From: a virus
Lineage: Duplodnaviria; Heunggongvirae; Uroviricota; Caudoviricetes
IMG/VR virus record: IMGVR_UViG_2541047885_000010
DNA length: 7,581 nucleotides
Strand: one strand, 5' to 3'
Shown: in pieces, positions 1 to 6,181 of the stretch
How positions within the stretch are numbered: position 1 is the stretch's first letter
How the letters are laid out: each line of letters begins with the position of its first letter
Made by a program: the position numbers and the translations under genes
Notes under the pieces: model-generated
The model's input: the letters and a program-made list of their open reading frames with translations, nothing else
Databases searched by the model: none
What the model was told of the DNA's origin: nothing

Positions 1-35
1 AATATTACTTCACGTTTTATTGTTTATTCCTTGCC

Positions 36-64
36 GCCCGCGTCTCCCAGCGCGGGCTTTTTTT
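36..64 (+). terminator. Rho-independent terminator (7-bp GC stem, 8-nt loop, 7-T run) ending a plus-strand transcript from upstream of the window
   Basis: gcccgcg (36-42) pairs with cgcgggc (51-57), followed directly by ttttttt (58-64). No U-run on the minus strand, so it is plus-strand specific. Confidence 0.6.
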
Positions 65-75
65 GTCCATAAGAA

Positions 76-95
76 AGCCCCTCCGGAGAGGGGCT
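76..95 (-). terminator. Possible weak terminator hairpin for the minus-strand cargo transcript
   Basis: agcccctc (76-83) / gaggggct (88-95), 8-bp stem with cgga loop. On the minus strand it is followed by a T-rich but interrupted tract (tttcttat). Confidence 0.3.
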
Positions 96-440
96 GGAGA
101 GTGGCGCTATGTGCCATTGCATGATGCCGGGTGCCTCCCGGTGAGTTCAGCCCGGTGACACTGAACCCGCGTCATTCTCGTTTTGATAATCAGAGATTAT
201 ACCATCACCAGTCGCCCCTCCGCTCAGGGGGATTCACCATGCCGTTCTCTTTTAACAAATTCGCCGCTAACAGGACAACATTCCGCTTTCTGAGTTGTGA
301 GGAATTTAACACTTCACACCTGTGTGCATTTTCTACAGGCTGATCCCAGCACCACAATACATCGCAGGCAACAGAAGCCAAATGCCCCACCACAGAAAAA
401 ACATGCAATTATGATTATTGTTTACTGCAAAGATGTAGAA

Positions 441-869
441 TCACGGTTTAAAATCCAGCACTCCATTGTGAAATACTTTATATACTTCCGGAGACGGCGG
501 AACTGGTATATCAGCATGCTTCACCGCATTCATCGCTTCACGACATAAATCGGGGTCTCCACCTTCTCTTTTAACCTGTAGCAGAAGACCATTCGGGGCC
601 ATATACATTCTCAGTGAACACTCTTTTCCTGAATACTTACTCGCATCCTTTAACTGTTCTTCTATGGCTTTCCTGACCTGAATGGCATACTGCCTGATTT
701 CTTCACTGGCATCAGGGGTACGTTCCGATGAGCTCAAATTTTGCGACTTTATTAATTTATCTGAGTGATACAGAGAAGCATCATAATTATTTGTCGATAC
801 ATCTTTTGTGCAGCCAGTTGTCAGACTGGCTAATATCAAAACAAGAACTGGTACAGCACGGCAATACAT
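441..869 (-). CDS. Lipoprotein with a C-terminal TolA domain III-like domain (prophage cargo)
   Basis: 142-aa ORF with ATG at 869 and GGAG about 10 nt upstream. N-terminus MYCRAVPVLVLILASLTTGC is a hydrophobic signal ending in a lipobox-like TTGC. The C-terminal ~85 aa (...YSGKECSLRMYMAPNGLLLQVKREGGDPDLCREAMNAVKHADIPVPPSPEVYKVFHNGVLDFKP) aligns closely with my recollection of the E. coli TolA C-terminus (...YAGKTCTLRIKLAPDGMLLDIKPEGGDPALCQAALAAAKLAKIPKPPSQAVYEVFKNAPLDFKP). Confidence 0.8.
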   Translation of the reverse strand: MYCRAVPVLVLILASLTTGCTKDVSTNNYDASLYHSDKLIKSQNLSSSERTPDASEEIRQYAIQVRKAIEEQLKDASKYSGKECSLRMYMAPNGLLLQVKREGGDPDLCREAMNAVKHADIPVPPSPEVYKVFHNGVLDFKP

Positions 870-1147
870 TTATCCATCTCCATATTAACAAGAACAATTA
901 TCTATAAAATATAGTAAATATGCGGGATCCGGGAGGACTTGTAACTATCATCTCCGGATCAGCATGTAGTTTTTATTTTTCCGGATGATATATGCCGCAA
1001 TAATACCTCTGCATACAGATGCCTGCAAATATCTGCGAAGCATCCGGCGAGAATAAACAAGGAAGTCTGAGGCTATCTTATATGATAGCCTGTTGCTCAA
1101 AAGACAATGATTCACTCATCAGAACCAACAACGCATAATGCAGATAA

Positions 1148-1224
1148 TGGACCGCCATCGAGGACTCGAACCCCGCGCAGCCAGCTTCGAAGGCTGGCGC
1201 TCTATCCCGATGAGCTAATGGCGG
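1148..1224 (-). tRNA. tRNA-Arg (anticodon UCG)
   Basis: Reverse complement folds as a cloverleaf: acceptor CCGCCAT/ATGGCGG, D-stem GCTC/GAGC, anticodon stem CCAGC/GCTGG with loop CTTCGAA (anticodon TCG), T-stem CGGGG/CCTCG with loop TTCGAGT, then encoded CCA. 77 nt. Confidence 0.8.
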
Positions 1225-1233
1225 TATGTGATA

Positions 1234-1309
1234 TGGTGGCCCTTGCTGGATTTGAACCAGCTACCTGGCGATTATGAGTCGCTCGCTCTCACCACTGAGC
1301 TAAAGGGCC
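1234..1309 (-). tRNA. tRNA-Ile2 type (anticodon CAU, lysidine-type; formally could be tRNA-Met)
   Basis: Reverse complement GGCCCTTTAGCTCAGTGGTGAGAGCGAGCGACTCATAATCGCCAGGTAGCTGGTTCAAATCCAGCAAGGGCCACCA. Anticodon loop CTCATAA, T-loop TTCAAAT, encoded CCA, 76 nt. Closely resembles E. coli ileX/ileY and the ileZ of Stx phages as I recall them. Confidence 0.85.
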
Positions 1310-1349
1310 GGGCGCAGGATAATAACGGTACGTAACTAATTCTGCAATA

Positions 1350-1688
1350 TCATCCGTTCTGACTGACTAAATCCTGAACTTCCCGAACCGTCTGCTCAAA
1401 ACGTTCAGTCTCCAGCTCAACGCCTGTAGCACGACGGCCCAGTGCCAGTGCAGCTTTAACTGTTGAACCTGACCCCATAAAAAAATCTGCAACCAGGTCA
1501 CCCGGACGACTGCTTGCGCTGATTATCTGCTGCAGCATTTCTGCCGGTTTTTCGCACGGATGTTTCCCGGGATAGAACTGCACCGGTTTATGCGTCCAGA
1601 CATCGGTATACGGCACCTGCGCCGTCACGCCAAAATACCGCCGCAGTCGGCATTCACAACCACCAGCGCATTTAACGTTCAGGCACAA
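1350..1688 (-). pseudogene. 5'-truncated remnant of a beta-class N4/N6 DNA methyltransferase (C-terminal SAM-binding part only)
   Basis: The ORF has no ATG (the ORF track starts it at a TTG). It contains ...HPCEKPAEMLQQIISASSRPGDLVADFFMGSGSTVKAALALGRRATGVELE..., which is the (Q/E)KP plus FxGSGST SAM-binding motif block of PF01555-type methylases. The DPPY catalytic region expected N-terminal to it is absent, and the upstream sequence is an AT-rich porin promoter region. Confidence 0.6.
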
Positions 1689-1712
1689 AAAAACCCGCTC
1701 GACGGCGGGTTT
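1685..1712 (-). terminator. Rho-independent terminator on the minus strand
   Basis: Minus-strand RNA reads aaacccgccgtcgagcggg followed by UUUUUUU (plus-strand A-run 1687-1693). Stem cccgc/gcggg at 1694-1698 / 1705-1709. Confidence 0.55.
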
Positions 1713-2138
1713 AAGCTGTGTGACGAAGTAACCACTCTTAACAGCATAACCAATTTTTTACGTACGTAAACTACTAAATGATATTTGTGAGAATGCCACC
1801 GAGTGTTCAAAACACCACCACAAATGCATAAGAAAACTTCAACAAATAACCAGTTAATAATTTCCGATGTTATTTTTAGTTTGTTTAAATTAAGCTAAAG
1901 AATTATAGAGCACTTATAAATAAGTGCCATTAATATAAATTAGCTAATAGATTTATTTTTGTTCAGACAAGAGCCATGAATAGGATTAGATAGAAAAGGT
2001 TCCGATAAAAATAGAGATCTACTTCACAAATTAAATGAGAAACTAAAACTTACATCTTGAAATAATCACATTGATTAGATGAATATTTATCGCGCAGTGA
2101 CATCATTTTTTAATAATAGTTCAAAAAAAGGGCGTACA

Positions 2139-3221
2139 ATGAAAAAATTAACAGTGGCAATTTCTGCTGTAGCTGCATCAGTACTGATGGCGATGTCTGC
2201 TCAGGCAGCTGAAATTTATAATAAAGACAGTAACAAGCTGGATCTATACGGGAAAGTTAATGCCAAGCACTACTTCTCCTCTAATGATGCAGATGATGGT
2301 GATACTACTTATGCTCGTCTTGGCTTCAAAGGTGAAACCCAAATCAACGATCAACTGACTGGTTTCGGTCAGTGGGAATATGACTTCAAAGGCAACCGTG
2401 CTGAATCTCAAGGTTCTTCCAAAGACAAAACCCGTCTTGCATTTGCAGGCCTGAAATTTGGTGATTACGGCTCAATCGATTACGGTCGTAACTACGGTGT
2501 AGCATACGACATCGGTGCGTGGACTGACGTTCTGCCAGAATTCGGTGGTGATACCTGGACCCAGACAGATGTGTTCATGACTGGCCGCACTACTGGTGTT
2601 GCAACTTATCGTAACAACGACTTCTTTGGTCTGGTCGATGGCCTGAACTTTGCTGCTCAGTATCAGGGTAAAAATGACCGCACTGACGTAACTGAAGCCA
2701 ATGGTGATGGTTTCGGTTTCTCCACTACTTATGAGTATGAAGGATTCGGCGTGGGTGCAACCTATGCTAAATCAGATCGCACTGACGGTCAGGTCGCCTA
2801 TGGTAAGAGCAAATTCAATGCCTCCGGCAAAAATGCGGAAGTATGGGCTGCAGGCCTGAAATATGATGCGAACAATATCTATCTGGCTACCACATATTCT
2901 GAAACTCAGAATATGACCGTTTTTGGTAATAACCATATTGCAAACAAAGCACAAAACTTTGAAGCAGTAGCACAATATCAGTTTGACTTCGGTCTGCGCC
3001 CATCTGTTGCTTACCTTCAGTCAAAAGGTAAAGACCTTGGTGTTCATGGTGACCGAGACTTAGTCAAGTATGTCGATGTCGGTGCTACTTACTACTTTAA
3101 TAAAAACATGTCCACTTTTGTTGATTACAAAATCAACTTAATTGACGATAGTAAGTTTACCAAAACAGCTGGTATTGATACCGACGACATCGTCGCTGTA
3201 GGTCTGGTTTATCAGTTCTAA
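2139..3221 (+). CDS. nmpC: Outer-membrane general porin of the OmpC/OmpF family, NmpC / phage PA-2 Lc type (prophage cargo gene)
   Basis: ATG at 2139 preceded by aaggg. Signal peptide [23 protein letters not shown] then [17 protein letters not shown]..., [18 protein letters not shown], and C-terminal ...VAVGLVYQF with terminal Phe. Opposite orientation to Q, as for nmpC relative to quuD in DLP12. The ORF-track start at 2079 adds 20 non-signal residues and is unlikely. Confidence 0.92.
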   Translation: MKKLTVAISAVAASVLMAMSAQAAEIYNKDSNKLDLYGKVNAKHYFSSNDADDGDTTYARLGFKGETQINDQLTGFGQWEYDFKGNRAESQGSSKDKTRLAFAGLKFGDYGSIDYGRNYGVAYDIGAWTDVLPEFGGDTWTQTDVFMTGRTTGVATYRNNDFFGLVDGLNFAAQYQGKNDRTDVTEANGDGFGFSTTYEYEGFGVGATYAKSDRTDGQVAYGKSKFNASGKNAEVWAAGLKYDANNIYLATTYSETQNMTVFGNNHIANKAQNFEAVAQYQFDFGLRPSVAYLQSKGKDLGVHGDRDLVKYVDVGATYYFNKNMSTFVDYKINLIDDSKFTKTAGIDTDDIVAVGLVYQF

Positions 3222-3231
3222 TCTGACTTAC

Positions 3232-3272
3232 GAAAAAGATATGTTGCGGGAGGCTTTGCCTCCCCAACATAT
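3232..3272 (-). terminator. Strong hairpin terminator on the minus strand; candidate tR' of the late operon
   Basis: 15-bp stem with one bulge (3239-3254 pairs with 3258-3272, loop ttt), followed on the minus strand by c + UUUUU (plus-strand aaaaa 3233-3237). Lies about 140-180 nt downstream of the Q stop, the position tR' occupies in lambda. Confidence 0.5.
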
Positions 3273-3359
3273 AAGTGGAGCCCTCAAGCCACTTCCTTTA
3301 GAAGCACTACCTTGCTTCTTACTATATAAACCTTCTGTTATATATTACCCTTTATTTTG

Positions 3360-3383
3360 GGGGCGTTTCCACGCCCCATTTTT
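3360..3383 (+). terminator. Rho-independent terminator on the plus strand, probably for the porin transcript
   Basis: ggggcg (3360-3365) / cgcccc (3372-3377), loop tttcca, followed by a + ttttt (3379-3383). Confidence 0.5.
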
Positions 3384-3409
3384 AATAACTTTTAGTAAAC
3401 AATTGCATA

Positions 3410-3793
3410 TCAATTAGAATTATTAGCAACGATATCCATATCTAACCGGATATCTAATGCCATTAACATCCCTTCAATTATGCCCTCAGCCTTCTGTAAC
3501 CTTTTCCCGATATAACCATCCGAGCAGCAATGCTTACTTGCCAGTGACATGAATGTCATACCACATACATAATAATCTACTAATAAATCGTGTAAATCGC
3601 TGTTGTTCTTTTTCAGACGGGCCATGCACCCGCAAATGATCATCGCGTCATCGTCACAACATTGCGGGCGAGATTTTACTTTTGAAGGAATTAATCCCTT
3701 AAAACCGGCAGCAATGGACGACCAGGTCACATCCTCATGATTATTTGCCGCCCATGCCCCCCAGCGTTCAAGAACCATCTGAATATCACGCAT
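3410..3793 (-). CDS. Late-gene antiterminator Q, phage 82 / QuuD type
   Basis: 127 aa from the ATG at 3793, with GGAG 7 nt upstream. Begins [26 protein letters not shown]... and has Cys-rich motifs (PQCCDD, CGC, HCC). Matches my recollection of the DLP12 QuuD family. The ORF-track start at 3808 is a TTG and less likely. Confidence 0.85.
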   Translation of the reverse strand: MRDIQMVLERWGAWAANNHEDVTWSSIAAGFKGLIPSKVKSRPQCCDDDAMIICGCMARLKKNNSDLHDLLVDYYVCGMTFMSLASKHCCSDGYIGKRLQKAEGIIEGMLMALDIRLDMDIVANNSN

Positions 3794-3810
3794 CAACTTT
3801 CTCCACAAAA

Positions 3811-4806
3811 TCAGGACAGCACACCAATCGCCAGTGCGCGATCGATAAAACGAAATATCAGCTCCAGTTGGGAACCATACTTCTCTTCAAATGCCACGGT
3901 ATCCACATGCAGTTCGTCATGGTGTTTTCTGCACAAAGGCAACACAAAGAGATCATGCGCTTTTGTCCCCATACCACCCTGGCCGTGACCAATCAGATGA
4001 TGCGGATCATCAGCTGGCTTTCCACAACATGCACACGGCTGCGTCTTAACCCAGCGAGTGTACTTTTCATTAACCCAGCGACGACGTTTGGGGCGTAACA
4101 TAAAAGACTCCGGCGACTCCGGATCCACTTTCAGCGCCAGCACCTTTTTCGCTTTATCCCGGATAATACTGGTGGCAGTAACCGAAGGTACAAGGTCACT
4201 CTCCCGGGTGACAGACGGCAAAACAGGCTTCGGTAATCTCAGGGCCTTACGGGCTGCACTTTCCGGCAAGGCATCCGCCAGGTCATTACGAACCAGCCAC
4301 CAGCACAGTTCCGGCATTGTCACAACGTGACTGTCATCAAAACCGAGATCCCGACGCACGACAGACAACACCCAGCGGGCACAGTTATCCGTTGCCATTG
4401 ATTCCAGCCGTTCCGTGAACTGGTCACGCAGCTGGTTATCACAGTGCCAGCACAGACGGATTGCGCCCGGAGCGTGCCGCATTGTGGTCATGTTCTCGCT
4501 GTGCCAGTCGGAATGAGGCCACTGACAGCCCTTTTCACGAAGTAACCAGCTTTCAAGACATTCCACGCCACCAGCACGACGGATCACTGCCTCATTGCGG
4601 AACACGGCCCGAACGGCAGGATCATCCGCCAGCGGTTGTGATGCCGCCGGAACGGCACCACTGGCGAAAGATGAATAACGTTCCGGCTCAGGCTCCAGCA
4701 GGACACGCCCCTGCATAAACAGGGGCATCAGCTCTGAACCGGGCCTGAACAATACGATCCCCATACGCGGGGCAATTTCAGGGGTCAGTAGTGCTCTCAC
4801 GGTCAC
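3811..4806 (-). CDS. DUF968 (YdfU-like) nin-region protein with a C-terminal HNH-type nuclease / zinc-finger motif
   Basis: 331-aa ORF with GTG start at 4806 (alternative GTG at 4800 with GAGGTG upstream). C-terminus carries [43 protein letters not shown], i.e. CxCC...D-x-HH...LC..HH..H. Stop at 3811 lies 4 nt before the Q ribosome-binding site. Confidence 0.7.
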   Translation of the reverse strand: MTVRALLTPEIAPRMGIVLFRPGSELMPLFMQGRVLLEPEPERYSSFASGAVPAASQPLADDPAVRAVFRNEAVIRRAGGVECLESWLLREKGCQWPHSDWHSENMTTMRHAPGAIRLCWHCDNQLRDQFTERLESMATDNCARWVLSVVRRDLGFDDSHVVTMPELCWWLVRNDLADALPESAARKALRLPKPVLPSVTRESDLVPSVTATSIIRDKAKKVLALKVDPESPESFMLRPKRRRWVNEKYTRWVKTQPCACCGKPADDPHHLIGHGQGGMGTKAHDLFVLPLCRKHHDELHVDTVAFEEKYGSQLELIFRFIDRALAIGVLS

Positions 4807-4807
4807 C

Positions 4808-5623
4808 TCAATGAACGGTATCGAGCAGCTTTAACAGCTCAGGGAATCGGGATTCGAAGAAATGCGGCTGCGTCTCGCGCGGATTTGCAGGACTGGTGAT
4901 GTTCTTGCCGAACATGCAGCCTTTCGCTGTCAGCGACCAGAATTTTTTGATGTTGTTAATCGCGGTACGGCTGTATCGTTCGCGTTGTTCAACGATCCCC
5001 AGCTTCGCCATCTGGTGATATGCCTGATTAGCCGTCAGGCGGATACCATACTGCTTCAGCAGTGCACTCAGCGACAGCGTAGGGCGGCTTGAACCATCTG
5101 GCGCATCAGCAGGTGCATCAATGGCATAGATCGGCATAAGTTCAGGAAGACCAGCTACCTTTGATAATTTCTGGTATGCACCAAGTTTCGAGGAGTTTGA
5201 CAGATTTAGAGTCTTTGCTGCTGATTCAAGCAGAATGACCCCGGATTTAATTTTGTCGGATGTGGTTTCTTCTGGTGATGAATTATGAAGCGCATCAAAA
5301 GTACGTATCACTTTTAAGCTGAATGCCGGGCTGATCCACATTGCATATGCATAGACCAGCTCTTTACAGACATACGTCCCACCATTGCGCCCCTGAATGG
5401 TGATGACAGGAATACTACGGGAATCTCCCGTAGTTTCTTCTTCCAATAATTCCACAAGAGCCTTCGTTTCAGGACGACGCATAAACTCGTGAACTTCCAG
5501 CGAACGGGAGGAGCGATTCTCACCAGCGGCAAGAAGAGCAGCTTTCTGAAGGTCGTTAAGACAGTAGTTAGATTCGAAGTACTGGCGCACAGAAACGCCA
5601 TCAATTACAAGCAACTGATTCAT
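4808..5623 (-). CDS. KilA-N domain protein (antirepressor-like / Roi-like DNA-binding protein)
   Basis: ATG at 5623 with GGAG 8 nt upstream (the ORF-track start at 5635 is a GTG). N-terminal MNQLLVIDGVSVRQ...GGTYVCKELVYAYAMWISPAFSLKVIRTFDAL is KilA-N/APSES-like. Stop TGA is 1 nt from the DUF968 start, suggesting co-translation. Confidence 0.7.
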   Translation of the reverse strand: MNQLLVIDGVSVRQYFESNYCLNDLQKAALLAAGENRSSRSLEVHEFMRRPETKALVELLEEETTGDSRSIPVITIQGRNGGTYVCKELVYAYAMWISPAFSLKVIRTFDALHNSSPEETTSDKIKSGVILLESAAKTLNLSNSSKLGAYQKLSKVAGLPELMPIYAIDAPADAPDGSSRPTLSLSALLKQYGIRLTANQAYHQMAKLGIVEQRERYSRTAINNIKKFWSLTAKGCMFGKNITSPANPRETQPHFFESRFPELLKLLDTVH

Positions 5624-5686
5624 TGGTTTCTCCACAAATTTTTATCCACGAGCGGGACTGCACTCCCTTTTCGTTGATGCAGGATG

Positions 5687-5715
5687 AACTTACTGCGATT
5701 TTTAATAGTTATCAA
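5687..5715 (-). promoter_or_regulatory. Candidate sigma-70 promoter for the kilA-N / DUF968 / Q block
   Basis: On the minus strand: -35 TTGATA (5710-5715), 17-nt spacer, -10 TAAGTT (5687-5692). An alternative upstream pair is -35 TTGAGC (5775-5780) and -10 GTATTA (5753-5758). Sequence-only prediction. Confidence 0.3.
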
Positions 5716-5720
5716 GGATA

Positions 5721-5740
5721 CACTGTTCATAAATACAGTA
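5721..5740. promoter_or_regulatory. SOS box (LexA operator), CTGT-N8-ACAG
   Basis: cactgttcataaatacagta: CTGT at 5723-5726, 8-nt AT-rich spacer, ACAG at 5735-5738. 16 of 20 positions match the E. coli consensus TACTGTATATATATACAGTA, with all invariant positions conserved. Sits in the 161-nt gap between rusA and kilA-N. Confidence 0.6.
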
Positions 5741-5785
5741 TCTTTAACGAGGTAATACCCAAATTTAGGGTGTTGCTCAATTCCG

Positions 5786-6181
5786 TTACCGAGTTGCTAA
5801 TTTGCAACTCGCTTTTTCGTACTTACTGATAGTGATCTCGACCTTCCCTTCCGGGATAACCGGTCCCCACTCCACCAGCATTCTTTTCACCTGGCTGTCG
5901 TCTTCCCACACACCCGCGTGGGTCAGGGCGTCAAACAGCGCCTTGTTATAGTTGTCCAGATCGCGGATCCGGTTATCCGGAGGAAACAACACGATCTCCA
6001 CTGAAGCAGGTGCCGACGTTGGTTTCGGCAGACGACGTAACTGCTCAACTATTGCTGCACACGCCGCGCTCTGGAATTTTCGCCCCGCCGCGCTTATCAG
6101 GCTCTTACCAGCAAACGCCCCTTTGTTGGGGTGTCGCCAGTACGTGTTCACGCTGGGCGGAAAAGGCAGTATTAGCTTCAT
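5786..6181 (-). CDS. rusA: RusA-family Holliday junction resolvase
   Basis: N-terminal ...LPFPPSVNTYWRH... and DNRIRDLDNYNKALFDALTHAGVWEDDSQV match the RusA family (LPWPPSNNRYYRH..., [28 protein letters not shown]). ATG overlaps the upstream stop as ATGA. About 10 aa longer at the C-terminus than E. coli RusA. Confidence 0.85.
   Translation of the reverse strand: MKLILPFPPSVNTYWRHPNKGAFAGKSLISAAGRKFQSAACAAIVEQLRRLPKPTSAPASVEIVLFPPDNRIRDLDNYNKALFDALTHAGVWEDDSQVKRMLVEWGPVIPEGKVEITISKYEKASCKLATR

Noticed and set aside
205-408. 67-aa minus-strand ORF just downstream of the lipoprotein gene
   Set aside because: No ribosome-binding site before the ATG and no recognisable family features. Kept only as a possible small co-transcribed protein, not called.
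131-548. Plus-strand ORFs 131..343 and 297..548
   Set aside because: They overlap each other and the minus-strand lipoprotein gene, lack ribosome-binding sites, and have low-complexity composition. Judged spurious.
1016-1092. Inverted repeats between the tRNA-Arg gene and the lipoprotein start (ccggatg...catccgg, aggctatc-ttatat-gatagcct)
   Set aside because: No adjacent U-run on either strand and no match to a known operator. Could be promoter-region structure for the lipoprotein gene, but the evidence is too weak to call a feature.
1560-1769. 69-aa plus-strand ORF overlapping the methyltransferase remnant and terminator
   Set aside because: Antisense to a recognisable methyltransferase fragment and crossing a terminator hairpin; no supporting signals.
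2079-2138. N-terminal extension of the porin ORF (start at 2079)
   Set aside because: It would place 20 residues ahead of a canonical MKKL signal peptide. The ATG at 2139 has a ribosome-binding site and gives a standard porin precursor.
2772-2975. 67-aa minus-strand ORF inside the porin gene
   Set aside because: Antisense shadow within a confidently identified porin coding sequence.
5314-5604. 96-aa minus-strand ORF in an alternate frame inside the KilA-N gene
   Set aside because: Embedded out of frame in a gene with a clear KilA-N signature; no independent support.
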